NCBI RefSeq assembly: GCF_964355755.1
Contig: NC_092677.1
Span: 14,158,101-14,222,100 of the forward strand
Direction of reading: 5' to 3'
From: Antedon mediterranea
Lineage: Eukaryota > Animalia > Echinodermata
DNA length: 64,000 nucleotides
The notes under the pieces were generated by a model. It searched no databases and was not told the origin of the DNA. It worked only from the letters and a program-made list of their open reading frames with translations. Below, in pieces: positions 38,568 through 53,219 of the stretch. A program made the translations under genes and the position numbers. Each line of letters begins with the position of its first letter. Within the stretch, counting starts at the first letter, position 1.

Positions 38568-40917
38568 TATTTAGTGGTACTGTCAGGATCGTGGTATACA
38601 CCCTGTCTAATGTCCATCTTGAAAAATACTTTGTTACGGACAGTTGCTTCTCATCGTTTGTAATAATTACAACAAATATAAACGCTGTAGTGGTGTATCG
38701 TTTTATGTACTATAGACTATGACAGTGATATGTGTTACTGTATTTAGTGGTACTGTATATTATTTATAGGCCTATAAAATATAAAAATATTTTGAACCAC
38801 CTGATGTAACTCTGTTCACTAATTAAATTGTGTTAGATAATTAGTTATTGACAATTAAAACGAATTTAGGTTCAACGATTTGCCCTAAATATGGGTATTT
38901 ACTGATTTTGATAGATATAAGTTTATACAAATGTATTGATTTGAAGTGAATGGAAAATTTCAAATAGTTGGTTTAACACAAGTAGGTAAATTGATGGGCC
39001 CTTGGAGAATAAACTTAAAACCTTAAGATATAGTATTGCGATACTGTAAATACGTATTAACCACTTTTGGTCGCAAATTTGTTACTGTGAGTGTTGGTAC
39101 TGTTAGATATAATATAACAATATATACAAATACATTTTATTCCTGTGAGTGTGTTAGATTATAAACACATAATATACAAATAAACGTTATTACTGACAGT
39201 TGCTTCTCAATGTTTGTATAAATTATAAAAAACTATAAACGTCGTAGTGGTGTATCGTTACATGTACTTTACTATTTCAATCGACTATGAAAGTGACAGT
39301 TTTAACAAAGGAAAGGTAAGGTAAAGGTAAATTCTTTTACTGTATTTAGTGGTATATTATTATTTATAGGTCTATAAAACATGACAACAATATTTTGTTA
39401 TCTGAGTGGATAAAGAATCTATTTAAAAATAGTTCCTTTGCATTCATCTTCTTCCCCATCCTTCAACCTTAATGTTACATACAAATACAAATACAAAACG
39501 CGTAGTAATTACCAGGGTGCAAATTTTATTGACTAGGCCTACATAAATTAATCGTGTCTATTTATTCATTTCTGTAAACGACAATATATAAATAGTCCGG
39601 CGGTAAGTACATTTGAAATCGCCAGTTTGTTTACGCTGAAATTACTGTGTATTTGAGAACCATCTGTGGGCATGACCTAGATGATATGCTCGCTTCGCTC
39701 ACGTACCATTTAGTTAATAGAAAGAAATAAACGTTATCAAATACATATTCGCCCAATAATAACATAGACAGCGCTCTTGGTAACTATTAAACAATTATTG
39801 TCGTCGAATACGTAGTGTATTCTCCCAATAATAACATAGGCCTGCGGTAACCTTTCTAACCATTTGAGATACAGTAATGTTATTTTTTTCTTTTTTTTTC
39901 AAGTTGAGGATCGGAATAAAGCCATACCCAAAAAAGTACTATTTAGACATAAACTGCGATAAGGCAAACAAATGAAGCTGTAATCTGGTAGATTAAAGAT
40001 AATGAAATGGAGCGTTTGGAAAAATCTTTGATTCGTCATAAAAGCTGGAAATACGTCTATAATAATAATAATCGATACAGTACTTTTTCTGGAGCTTGTG
40101 ATTGGTTGAATGCGTACGAGCGCAGTTATTGGCCACGGTTTTACATCACGTGGGAATATGAATCATGTTCAAATACTGACGTATGTCGTGTCTGTTCAAC
40201 AAATATTAGCGTGCCAATGTGTTATGACAAAAAAGTTAAGAACGATTACAGAAGACATATTTTAGATTTATCTGATGTCTACTTTTAATATAGACTGGCA
40301 GTTTAAAACTCGTAAACACCTCGCAGTGATTCCAACATACAAACAGCAAAAAGATTGAGGAGCTAGAAGAATCCTTTGATTATCTCAACAGGCCAGTCGA
40401 ATACGCCAACAAATGTACCGAAAATGGACCTACGGCTTAGGTCTGCAGGTTTGTTTTTATGAACAGCGTATTGTGCTTTGTCTACCCAAGAAATTACCTA
40501 TATTACCCCCAATAATTAATAGCTTTGTTTTTATTTACTTATTCCAATAACTAATCATTAAGCAAATAAAATTCTTTATTCGCCATTTGCTGTATCTATA
40601 ATTTTCAAATACATATAAACATATATTTATGTTTATTTCGATTTATGTAGTAAATCATGTTTTTGTATTATACTGTTGACCTATTGTATCTTTATACTGT
40701 TACTACTTACTATGTATAAGTATTTTTATTATTTCTTTTTCATCTTAAGTTATGATGATCCGTCAGACATTTTGTAAGTAAATTAATCATGAGTGTGTAA
40801 TTACTACTGACCTATTGTATCTGTATATTGATTTGCTCGTGATTCCAATTGTTTAAGTATTTAAATCTATCATTACTACATTAGGTTTTTATTTGTTTAC
40901 TTTTGCTTTTTTTTCTT

Positions 40918-40948
<31 letters not shown>

Positions 40949-41393
40949 TGTTCATGACGATTTGTCATGTTTACCTGAAATTATGTAAGTTTAATCATCG
41001 TTTACTTTTTATATGTTGTTGTTTATATTTGTATTGAAGCACCACCGAAAGGTGTGTGCCACGGATTCTAAAGTACTGAATCACTGAAATAGTATTAACT
41101 TAAAAACGAAATGATGCTGAAGGACTTGGCTTAGTGCAAATGTATCAAAAGCATACTCTGTGGTATTTGGTAAAACATGAATAAAAAAACTATAAAAAAC
41201 TCTTTCGTACTTATTCAATGAAATAGTATTTCAAAAAATTAATTTTTTTATTCAAGTTTCTTTATCAAGTTTATAATATGTGTTTGTATTTCATTTTGTT
41301 ATTAAAGAAAAAAATAAATATTAACATCATTTGTTAAATAAATGCTAAGTGCACCATCTGAAGGAACAAATATATTATTCAGAAAATCTTGAA

Positions 41394-44300
41394 TCATACA
41401 TTTTCTTTTCGTAAAAAGATATCCACATGTCGGTTAAACTGTTCTGCGTATCTCAAATGGATGTTATGTTTTCCATCTAAAAAATGTATTAATCTGAAAA
41501 ATAAGATAATACAGTATTGATCAATTAATTACCAAATGTAATTATCTTAAACCAAGAAATGTAGGCAGAGCAGAATAGACATAAATACACTAGTTATAAC
41601 TTAAGTTGTCTATTATTTTTACACCTATAATCTATAGAAAACGTTTTTTAAATGTTTTAATAATTTTATGATTCATATGCATTCATTTAAATTTTACAAT
41701 AGTGGTTCCTTTCAACCTAGAGTCCAAGGATAGCATGGGCACATAACAAATGTGTTTACACGTAAAAACTACTGGGGGAAAATATACGGTATCGATTATA
41801 TGATCAAAAGTAAATACAGTACAAATAATTTCATGCTAAATTTAGATATTAGGAACTTTAAGTGTACACATCTGGCTTGTGTGCACTTAAAAAAAAACAA
41901 GTAGTTTTCTGTTAACAGGAGTGATGACCCCATTTCTATTACAGAACAAACGATCATCTCTGATGCGTCCGCTTGATATATCTAGTGTATCAAACTACCT
42001 TTACCTTGAGCCCATAATATTTTGTTGTAGAAAACCTGGATGTATTTTTGGCACCATTGGGTCTTTTTCTCCATGCAATACTAACGTAGGACATCGTATC
42101 TTGTGCAAATTTCTTGTACACAGCTCTCCTTTATTTTCATTGTATATTCTTGTTATGCATTCAATCCATCCTAGCCACATCTCTTGAAAATATTCTTTGC
42201 CATACATATCCAACATTGGTTGCATCATTCGTTTGCTCCAGTCACTGACATTTTTAGTTTCTAGAGGATTGAAGAGTTATATGCAACTGTTTTACCAGTT
42301 AAAGGACATTTTATAATGTGATAACTTTGTCAGGTTTATGTATGTAAAAACTACCACACCTGTATAATTGTTATATTTCATGAAGGTCTTATTGTCAGTT
42401 GCCAACCTTGTAATCTCAGATTACTGGGTTCAATATTTGTTCGACCTAGACTTAGGTCTAGTCTCTATTATTGTATTTGCATAATACTTTACAAGCTCCA
42501 CCACTTCAAGTTGTATTTGTAAAATAGATTCCAGCTCAAGTGTTAAATGTATGTAACGCCATGTGTGCAAACAATTACCAATAGAATCATGTAGAATCTA
42601 GACTAGCTTTACCCTCGTACTGAATTGGTTCAGAAGACCAATTAACAGTATAGTTTTTTATTGTAATGTGAATAGCTACATTTTTAAATATATTTTTCAA
42701 TCTTTTCTTTATATGCTTCTTTGTATTTGTAATGTATGATTCTTATAATCCATGGTATGGTAAAATAATACATTTTTTTAAACATCTTACTTATCATGTA
42801 CTATTAGCATGTACTATTAGGAATATGGATGCAATATAAAAGACACACGATTCTCACTTTCATACATGTCTAAGTCTTCTTGAGCTACAAATGCATTAGC
42901 TCCCCAAATAACAAGTTTTCTCAAGCTCTCTGGATATTGAGAGGCTAAAACTAGTGCCGTTATTCCGCCATCACTCCATCCAAGTGGGCTGAATTTTTCA
43001 TAACCTAAAGACTGCAATTTAAATGAAAATGAAAAACTTTGATCTTTAAACATCAAACACTGGATTAAATCTCAATACTGTGGCACATAGTATGTGAAAG
43101 CCTTAGCCCAGAAAGCTTATAGTTACTGTAATTGGAGTACAGAAATAAAATTGTGGCTGAGCTTAGTCCCAAGTGTATCCTATTACAGGCTATCACTTAG
43201 AATCTATTTTGTATTATCAGAATAAAACAAAATTTGTTTCCTTCTGGGAGGTATTAGATTACTAAAAGTTTTTATTATCCATCTTGCTGCAATTTGTCAT
43301 TTAATAACTTGCATCCTTGCGTTGCCTTCTAGTGGGCAGTGGCGTAACTCATGAGCAAAGGCCCCTGGTTTATTCTTCCAACGGTGGGTAGTTGGATTGG
43401 AGTTTTCATGCTCTAGTGCCCGTTATGCTCCTGGGTTTAGCTAGTAAATGTTCATAGCTAATGGGAAACCAGAGTCTTGGTTTTGTAGACTAGGGAATTA
43501 AGGAGACATTTTTGTTCAGTCTTGAATGTTTCCATTAAAAGGATTTCTACTGTATTAAACAAAGAGTGTTGAAACGGACAATCAATTATTGTATTATAGT
43601 AATTAGAATGTTCAGAAACATGAATGTAAGTATACCTGCATCAAATTGTGTGCATGATTAGCATCTCTTTGAAAAAAGTCCAATGGAAAGGTTCTCTTAG
43701 GTGGTCTTGATTTGCCATAACCACTAGGATCCCATCCAATCACTGTGTAAGTTTCAGGATCAAACCCACCATTCAGCTGAGGACCAAAATCTGACAATGC
43801 TGAGCCTATTATTAAAGTACATGAACAAATAAAACGTGAAATTGAAGTACTGTATGCTGGTAGGATGTTTAAAATAATTCTATGTAATGTAAGCTTTGTG
43901 ACCATCTCTTTTATGCTGTGACAGTGGCTCAAACAATGGTATATTTTAGTAAAGTAATTTAACAGTATCACAGCTTCAATAGAATCATACCAAGCGTTGG
44001 TTTAAAGGAACAGTGTGAGCAATGATTTCTTACCATCAAGAGAGGGACAGTGTGACTTCTTTGTGTCGTAACCAGTAAAGGGACAATGTGTGACCAATGT
44101 CATTGTACCAAATTATTTAAAGGGGAGCAATTGATCTTACCAAGAGCTCCTGGCATGAGAAGTAATGGATGTTCTCCATGTCCAAATTTAACATAATGCA
44201 ACTTGACACCATCAACATCTAAATAGTCAGATTTTGGCTCAGTAGATAAACTAGTTTGGAAAAATATGTATTCAATTACACTATACACAAATTTAATTAC

Positions 44301-44753
44301 ACTGTCTAGGCTAGGTATAAAACAACAATACTTTTCCTTATTTAATATTCTCTCTAATTAACCATCTGCTGTAGACATCAAAAACAAAAATATTTCAATG
44401 TAGGCCTAATACGAATTTAGTCCCATGGTGGAGGTTTATATTTAAAGAGGAGTTAAGCCTGTCTAGCCTAGGCCTAGGCCACTGACTAAACAATTGTCAA
44501 GCCGAAACAAAACGTTTCTTCCGCTCACATCATCACCCACCACTGGTCACAACAAAGTAAAAAACAGGCTTGATCCAGGGGCCTACTAGAAGGCATAGGC
44601 GGCCTACCTTCTCGTCGAAACTGGAGTCACACATAGCCTCTGTTTGTTGTTAGCACAAACCCCAGTAAACAATGAGTTATTATGTTTTAAATAACATAGC
44701 AAATAGGAAGACAAAGCAGGATTTTTTACAAATTTGCAGTATGAATGTATCAT
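41394..44753 (-). CDS. BPHL: Valacyclovir hydrolase / biphenyl hydrolase-like alpha/beta hydrolase, complete, 6 exons
   Basis: Exons 44753-44608, 44250-44141, 43805-43636, 43011-42858, 42260-42005, 41493-41394 (TGA), all GT-AG and phase-consistent. Motifs: LLMPGALGS..DFGPQL, WDPSGYGKSRPP.R.FP.DFF.RDA, nucleophile GWSDGG, LHGEKDPMV (Asp), GKHNIHLRYAEQFN (His). The N-terminus (MIHSYCKF...VSTRSLST) resembles a mitochondrial presequence; exon 1 is the least certain exon. Confidence 0.93.
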
Positions 44754-46963
44754 GATTTTTCAACAACAACACACGTACGCCGTGTGAGTTTTTATTTGCA
44801 CTACACATGCGTACATCAACCTGACTCACTAGAGCGTGACTAAAGTTGTACAATTTAAAGGGTAGCTCCGAGATTACAATTTCTATTTGTTTTATTTTAT
44901 TTACTGTATTTATTTCGGGAAACACATTATATACAAACATAACAGTACAAAAAAAATCTAGATTGCGCCAAGGAGTGAAAAAAGAGGTCAACAGCCTATC
45001 TCACCAATTAGGCGTGCCACTCCAACAAAAAAGCTAAAACGAATCGGGAAAACAATATATAGGCCTATAATAAAATTGGTTATACAATGATTTTTTTGAA
45101 ATATCTTTAAAATGTGTCCAACTTTTGCATAGGAATGAATCGAATTATTATTATTTTTTGTGGTGCATGCTACGTGACTTTTTCGTAATATAGGCCTATA
45201 AGATAGAAATTTTACACTGATTTTCAATGAATTACAACCGTTAATCAGGTAAATAGTACTTTCCTTGATTGTTCTTTTGATTTATGTACATTTTTCTTTA
45301 AGAAAAATCTGTACAAAATTAAAGTCTTGGTGAGCTACCTAATCTTATAACATTACGAAAAAGTCTCCTGTACCACTATTAATTCAGGAAACTCGTCCTG
45401 TATCGATGCCTAAAAAATATATCTAAGGTTAGTAATAATAATAAAGAAAATAATTAAACCAAGATCTAAAAACATTGAGGGGACATCCGGTGTTCAAGTA
45501 TTAATATTACACTGATGAATAAAATGTTTTCTGAAAAGTCTATTAAAGTTTGTTGTTTTAATCTGGATTCAAGAAAATCTGTTGGCATATGGTGTTGAGT
45601 TATTTCTTATTTGTATTATAAATTGTTCTATTGTTTCAAATTACAATAATGGAAAGATTTTGATTTGCGAGGACCTACTTAGGTTAGGTCAACAGGCCGG
45701 AGGTCAATACATGTTTCGTGGTCAGGACCACTTTCTCAAACTTTACTTTTCCGGAAAACCGGACACCGAGTACCGAGTACTATTGCGTAGTTCTAAAATA
45801 AACTCGACGTAACAGTTCTTTTCAATTTAATGTTAGCGCCCTCTATTCACAATGTCTACAATTTTTTTCATGCGATTTATAAAACCCGTTTCACACATTT
45901 GCTGAAATGAATTGTGTATCGCACACTCGGAGTTTGTATGGAACTAGTGCTAATCAAATTATCTATCAACAGCGACACACACACACACACTTCTCATGGT
46001 TTTTCAGGTATGTTAACATTGGGGATCACAACGAAAACGTGCTAGTAAATAAGTCTATTTTATTATTATATTGCATGGTTCTTTCTGCTTGCTCTTATAG
46101 TTTAAGTACAAATACTGTATTTTACGTCAATGCAAATAATTGTGAATAATGTATTATGTAAATCTTTTTTAAAAGGATTGCGTGTGAAAAGAGCTGTGTT
46201 CGTATTAGCCGACTTTTTTTGCAGATATTATATAATACTGTAGGCCTATATTAGGACCATTGTTGTATAATAACATTTTTTTTTAATGTCTGCTAGCCAT
46301 GTTTTTTTTAGTTTATATTATAAATTCATAGAAATCTATTTCATTTCATAAATTATCTTGGTAACATGTGGTAAAATTATAACAATACGCGCGGACCAAC
46401 GGTGGTACTAACCATTCGCACGGACCATCGAGGTAGAGGGAATGGTGACATTTCCAAGTGCATCTTCTTGTAGAAGGAAGAAGAAAAGATGCATGTTGAA
46501 TACCAGCCTACACAAACAACAGCCACAGACAGGATAGACCTGATTTCGGAATATCATAATCTGTACCATGTAGATCCATACCGATATTCATTGTAATGCA
46601 ATTTTATCTTTTATTTAATTAAGTTTTTCTTTTTGTTGCACACATCATCATCCGCAATTTATCTCTCTGCTGCCAATTATCGTTACATTGATGCTTACAG
46701 CTTAGTTAACAATCGACGGTTCTTTGTTACCAAGATACCATTAATTATTGAATCAATATTTTTCGCTAAATTTAGACGTTGTTTGTCCTTCATAATTATG
46801 TTTTTTTAGATAATACATTTACGTCGTTGGACAATAAACCCCACAGTATATTAAAGGTTATACGATTTATAATGACGCTTTGGAAATTCATTCATTTTTA
46901 TCTTGTAATCAAAATATCCGTATACTGTAAAAGAATGAACAATGAATTTAATCTTTAATATAA

Positions 46964-47300
46964 AGATGTATTGTCCCTCAAAAACATGAAAAATGTAGAT
47001 TAATTTAATCAGATTTTGAATATGTTATTTGTAGTTTTAATCAAGTTAATCACTTCTGTAAAAAAAAAATAGAAACAAAATAATGCTTTCACTTAAAAAA
47101 TTACAAAATAAATGGTTAAATTCAGCCAAAAACCCATTGGCTGGCAATCAATTTTGACAATTTTTTTGCTTAAATTACATTGTTTCAGGTAATTACATTT
47201 TTTGTCCATCAAATTTTTGATCAAAGTGGATAGGTCTAACTACGTTACATTAAAATTGCATATTCAATACAAATTTGGTAAGCATTATTTTTTCTTTAAA
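46964..47300. mobile_element. Left portion of a second Kolobok-like element related to 23289-23832
   Basis: Starts ATAA|AGATGTATTGTCCCTCAAAAAC and shares internal words (ttcagccaaaa, caggtaa) with the 23289 copy. The right end could not be defined. Confidence 0.45.
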
Positions 47301-48258
47301 GAAGTAAAAAGAGTAATTTTTGACCCGGCAAGCGGATCGTTTCATCATTATGTTAGCTTCGAAATGGGAAAGCGTACTACTGTGAGATGGATACCTATAA
47401 AGGTTGACCATCTATTGAATATGTTACCAAATTTCAGGCAAACATCTGCGATACCAATGCCGATACAACTAACTCATCAGTCTACATTTCTTCCATTTGA
47501 GACTGGTATCAATTTTTCAATTGAGATTTTATAAACAGAAAAAAAAACCCAAAACAAACAATTGAAATAGCTATACAGTTAGGCTACAGGTACTCTAAGT
47601 TTTGAAATGATATAAATACTAATAGGCCTACCCATAGTTTCGAATACAATATACATATAATCTCAGAGCTGACAATAGAATAATAAATATTTTTAATTAA
47701 TTGCAATGTTTGATTGCTGGTTTGAATTGTGATGCACAGTCTTTAAAAAACGTATTTATCATTGATTGTATTTATGAGATTAACATTATATAACCGTAGT
47801 GATTCAATTACGATTGTTTAAACAAGTGTATACCAAAGCAAAGCAAAATTAATCAACCGGTTGGTTTGTTGTTACTGAATTAATCATAATGAAATGGCTG
47901 AAGGACACGGAGAGGATTTGTAGCCTCATTGTGAACTTTTCCTCACAAGAGCAGGTGAACTGAATGGATTAAGTTAGGATTTACTTCAATAAACTTGCTG
48001 TATTTATCCACTTAAAGGGCTTTCTATTAGTATCATGTCGGGTAGTCATCATGTTTTCATTATTATTATTAGAGGAAGCTGTCGATTTATTAGCGATCTA
48101 GGACCCAGAACTATTAGAGTTACGTAATATTCATTGATGCGGGGATGGACGTATTCCCCTTGACACAGATTTTACGTCGACGATGTGCGCGAACAATATA
48201 CGTTGCCTCCAAAAGCGAAGTACACTTATATAGTAATTGTTGCATCTCATCGCGAAGG

Positions 48259-48376
48259 TTTTTAGTCGCGTGCGCGTGTAAACGCGACTCTACAGCTCAC
48301 TATGTCGGTCGGTTGGTCGGTAAACACGAACTCAAATTTGAGCACGCGACTGCAGCCATGTGTATGGCCTTGTTTT
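48259..48376 (+). mobile_element. Compact, apparently complete HINE/DINE-1-like (Helentron-associated) element
   Basis: In order: T-run, 5' subTIR AGTCGCGTG, nearby inverted copy ACGCGACT, (GTCG)n microsatellite, 3' subTIR CACGCGACT, terminal hairpin GCCA-tgtgta-TGGC, T-run. Confidence 0.7.
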
Positions 48377-49623
48377 ATAAGAAGAGAGCTCAACTTTAAA
48401 TATTACCCTAGCACAAATGTATTGATGGCTTGATTATCACGTAATGTTGTCATAATTCATTTAAGTTGTTATTAGTTCAAATTAGCATACTGCACTTAAA
48501 TTCATTAGCCGTTATGTGTTGTCAATTGGTTACAATTTGTCTCAGGAGGATGTTGAAATGCATTCAATATAAGCAATGCGCAATTTAAACAGTTAAAATT
48601 ACACATTATTAGGTCTACATAAACAAGTTAGTTGTATTATGAGGAAATCAAATATCTCTTGCTTATTACTAAAACTGTATGAGGTAAGTAATCCTTTGAA
48701 AGGCTTTGTGCGCTGCATTTGAAAGAATTACCGCATCGTGTTTATCAAAGCAAGTGAACAAATCCACTATGTCAAATATGATTTTATATTAAGTTTACCG
48801 ATTAAATTCTCACGGTTATTCAATAGTGTTTGTGACCCGATACATCAGGCGATGTAGGGCAATCCTGCAGCGATGAAGTTAAAAATAAATGAAGTAGGCC
48901 TATAGGTAAAATATCGGTCATGATGAGATCGTTTCGTCGCGGCATGTCTCCATGCACATCAACAAATCTAAGTTGGTTATTTGTTAGAAATGTTGAGATA
49001 TAACATTATTGTTATCACATTGCAGCTCATAATACATTGTGTATGATGCCGTCACAACAGAAACTAAAGTTAGCTCATTTTGGAAAAACTTGATACATGA
49101 ATTTAGATAACATTACATTCTTCACGAGTATGTAGTGTATTGTGTTTAATCACCAGAGAGAATATGTTTTCAGAATATATACTATTTTTCTTTCAGTGAT
49201 CAGTTATTATAGAAATTGTTTTGGTGGAAAACAAACCAGGATACCTTTAATACTAATAGCCTGTTGATCTTGGAACAATGCTTTAAGTGCGTTCTTCATC
49301 CGAGAAATGATTATTAAAACAATCCCGTGTTGACGAGAATTTACATACGTACGATTCGAGGAAATTAACGAGCGTAAGGTGTTTACAATCTTTCAAACCT
49401 TCATGATTTCACTTAATACCGACTGTTGCTAAAGCTTACAAGTGCGTGTTAATGATACACTCGATAGGATGCATATTAGTCTATGCGAGCTAGATTTTAT
49501 TTTCGGTAAATGCCAGACCACCACGGATCACAGGTTTACTCACTTCATTAGCTATCTGCGATGCTGAACAACCAGGCAGCATTAGCAGATATTATATCGT
49601 AGAGATATACGGTTTCATGTAAC

Positions 49624-50115
49624 ATGTCGTCTGAACAGACAGCAAACATTCTTACTGAGTGCATTGAACGACAAGGAATGATGGCAGTAGCAGACAACCT
49701 GAGTTCACACTTCCCAGAGACAGCTATTGTCACCGTCGTTGTCGTCTGCTGTTTTGTTGCCACCAAATCAACTTACGAGTACATAAAGAAACGGAATAGA
49801 AAGTTGGACCTAATTATTGTTGGATCTGGGCCTATCGGGCTAACGACTGCTATAATAGCTGCCCAGCACAGCAGAATATCTAAAATAACACTATATGAAA
49901 GTAAACCTAAACAGAATCTGTTTTTACGACCGCAGCAAATTTCCCTAGATAAACGGTCGATTCACTTTTTAAAGTCATTAATGATTGATTTTAACGCTAT
50001 TGAAGGATGTTGGCAAAACGATCGATTTTACACACGTGTAGGCACTTTCCAGGAACACCTATTGGAAATACTTAAGAAGTTGGATGCAAATTTGGAGATC
50101 AAATTTGGATGCAAG
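49624..50115 (+). CDS. First coding exon of a membrane-anchored FAD/NAD(P)-binding oxidoreductase (flavoprotein monooxygenase-like), 3'-partial
   Basis: 164-codon ORF with a hydrophobic segment AIVTVVVVCCFVA followed by KKRNRK. Rossmann motif LIIVGSGPIGLTTAI...ITLYE. It ends at the donor AAG|GTAGGA. Confidence 0.75.
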
Positions 50116-51292
50116 GTAGGATAGTTTAGTGTTGTATGTTTTGATGGACATTCCTGTACTGAATTTTCGGTACTGACGTATCTTTTTTCTAGTAGGAATG
50201 CAAAGTCACATTATGTATCATGTGATATGCCTGTATGCCATAAGCCTAACTAAACCCTCACCTTAACATATTACAGGAGCCACATGTTATTTATATGTAA
50301 CATTGTATAGAATTAAATTGCCTATTATACTGTAAGATAATGCCATTGAGCAGAGATACAGATTCGAGTGGAAATTGGTTAATTTTAAAAGCCCCGTTCT
50401 CGAGAATCGTCTTAAGTAGGCTAGACCCAACACAGGTGTACCGGAGATACCAAGACTTACCAAGTTTAAATGTTGTGATAATACCCTTAAAAATAAATAA
50501 AATGTCACTTCAAAATAAAATGTTGATTATAGTGACAAGAAAAGGTTCACTGTGTTCAATTCATAACATCTTCACCAACCAAAATTGATAGCTCCATGAT
50601 GTTACCGTAAACCCAGCGTTTATTCACAGGTAACGCGTCACATGCCTGCGTTGGTCTGTTTTATACACGATAAGAGAATGCATCGCAATGCATCAAAACC
50701 AATATCTTTTCTACCAAATTACATCAAATGAAAATGTTGTTGATACTAGTTAGCAGTGCATATTAAGGTATGATAATATCAATGGTCTATGACTAAATGT
50801 ATTGTCGTAGCCAAGGACAGTTTAGTATAGTTACACCAAGATGAGTGAGGGTTAGAGCTGTACACAAGACCAGCCAGTTTTATTCTGCCATTGCTAACTG
50901 AAGGGCTGTTACGTAACATATGGATAAAACAACATATGTGGACTCTCGTTACAAGGCTTACGTAATAAAAAATATCAAATAAATAATAATAATAAAAAAT
51001 ATCAAAATCGAGAACGGGTCAAACATGGGCCTATTATTTATAGGACCATGGTTTAACTGAAAATAGAACCATGTTGCTAAATATTGCACAAGGTCTAATG
51101 ATATCCTAACATAATCAACTCGTTCTATGACGGTTCAGCTGAGTGAGACGTTATTCTGTGAATATAATGAATAGTTAATAATTAGTAACATTTAATGACA
51201 CAACAGATCACGAATACGACGAAAGGTCACTGAATCAATCAGTGAGTTCATGAGAAAAGAGAATAAGGCATTGAAATTAAGTGATTAGAATT

Positions 51293-53219
51293 CAGGCCCG
51301 TAGCCAGAATGCATCAGAGGGGGGTTTTCTTGACACCAAGTATTTTGCGAGCGCAGTGAGCAACTGTAGGCTGGGGGGCCAGGGGGCCGCCAAGGGCCCC
51401 CGGTCGGGGTCCAGGGGGCGAAGCCCCCTGGAAGCTTTGGCTCTCAGAGCAATTTTGGTTGTTTTAATAAGCTTACAGAGACATTTTTTACCTACTAAAA
51501 TCTGGGTTATGCAGAGAAATTATATAGTAGGCCTACAGTATGGAAGTTAGTAGTACTGATCATGAAATACAGCTTTATTGTTGCAAAAAAGTATATTATA
51601 TTAGGCCCTTAAGTAATTTCTTATCCTATAAACATAAAAAACAAATAGTACCGTATATTTCGGTGTACAAGTCGCACCTGTGTATAAGACGCACCCATAA
51701 CGGAGACTGAAATATTAGTATTTTTTATGTAGTCGATGCATAAGACGCACTTATTTCTAGGCCGAAATATAAACATTTTACAATCAAAACAATGGTATTT
51801 TAATAATAAAATAACGATATTTGAGACATATTAGAATCAAATGATATAATTTTGTTTGATTGCCTTTATTACATCGTAATCAGTCTCTACTTCAACTGAA
51901 CGTTCAATGAAAAGGGAAATCCCCATATTGTTTCAGTTACGATGCACTGTGTGGGTAGGGCTAGCGCTGCCTAAGTCTATTTAAGTAACTTTAATTTCAT
52001 ATTATTTAAATTTATACCTTCTTATTGTGTGTATGACCATTATAAAATCAATCCAAATGATGTTCAGTTTTTTGGGCTGATAATGAACCAGGAATATCAT
52101 GTTGGGTAGGCCTGTATGAAAATCTTTCCTATTTCCATGCATGCATTACAGCAATATGAGGAGAGAGCACTAACCATGTGCTCCTTGCCTGGTGGCCAGC
52201 ACTGTTGGCCATATACACTATAAGATTAGGGGAAGCTACTTAACACAATAACAACACACTCTTTTAGATATCGCTTGACATACGAACTATTGACTACATG
52301 ATTATAAAATTATGTGATTGTTGACATAGAGATGTAATAAAAATAAACCACCGTGATCAAGGGAAATAGTTATTGTGTAAATAAAATGTGACACCACCGT
52401 AATTAATGGACTCTTCCATAAATGTGTTGCGCTGTGATGATGCTGCATGCTGCTAGAATACACACCCGCGAGTTCAGAGAGTATTGCTAGGCCTGGGTAG
52501 AATATCCAATGCGTACTGTAATATTAATTAATACAGTCGAGGATGACAATTTACCTTAACTAAAAATTCAATAAACAGTAATCCTTATTACCACACTGTG
52601 GTTAGACAGGAGTGAGTAACTAGCTAGGCCTACATTGCAGAGTAGTAGGCCTACACTATTTTTAATTAATTTAAGTATTAGTAGGTAATTAAATTAATTA
52701 GGGTTACATTTAGAGGTCAAATTTGCGTGTCAAAAGTGCGTCTTATACACCGAAATATACGGTAGGCCTACGTACACGTACCGATTTAACTCAGCATCAT
52801 TTTTATTCAAGTTTAAACAGTGAAATTCTTTGGTTTAATGAAAAATATTTCCAGGAAAAAAATAAAAATCCCCAAAAAGATTGAACTGAACTGAACGTGA
52901 TCTTGTGCGTTCCGAAGCCCGGCCGAAGCACGCGATTGGTCAGTCCATTTTTCTGTCATATTTATAACCATCATCTCTCAACAATCTCTCGATCTCACGC
53001 TCAGCAGTGACTTTGACATCGGACAATCTGTATATTCGATCGATTTAAACATAGTCAATAGAAGTAAAATGACCAAAAAATCTGCTATAATTGATAATTA
53101 ATTGCACGATTTTGGAAGTGGGGCCTTTGTTTTTCAAGGGGGGTTCGCTGGTAAAAGGGGGTTCGCGCAAAAGGGGGGGTTCGCCCGAACCCCAAAAAAC
53201 CCCCCTGGCTACGGGCCTG
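51293..53219. mobile_element. Non-autonomous DNA transposon with perfect 15-bp TIRs and a 5-bp TSD
   Basis: TIRs CAGGCCCGTAGCCAG / CTGGCTACGGGCCTG, flanked by GAATT on both sides (51288-51292, 53220-53224). Subterminal regions are G/C-rich. Confidence 0.85.
51651..52762. mobile_element. Tc1/mariner-pogo-type non-autonomous element nested inside 51293-53219
   Basis: TA|CCGTATATTTCGGTGTACAAGTCGCAC ... GTGCGTCTTATACACCGAAATATACGG|TA, with subterminal TAAGACGCAC repeats. Confidence 0.85.

Noticed and set aside
38162-38617. Repetitive ORFs IVTHLL / RRWVTI
   Set aside because: They come from an 18-bp minisatellite inside a MITE and are open only because the unit length is a multiple of 3.
38568-39400. 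Degenerate local duplications (gacagttgcttctca...gtagtggtgtatcg)
   Set aside because: An old, low-copy tandem duplication with no recognisable structure or function.
50340-50588. 82 aa ORF as exon 2 of the oxidoreductase
   Set aside because: It is in frame with a possible AAG acceptor at 50336, but has a poor polypyrimidine tract and no flavoprotein motifs. It cannot be supported without RNA data.
51281-51550. GC-rich 89 aa ORF / CpG-island-like patch, plus the ORF at 53085-53270
   Set aside because: Both are subterminal regions of the 51293-53219 transposon.
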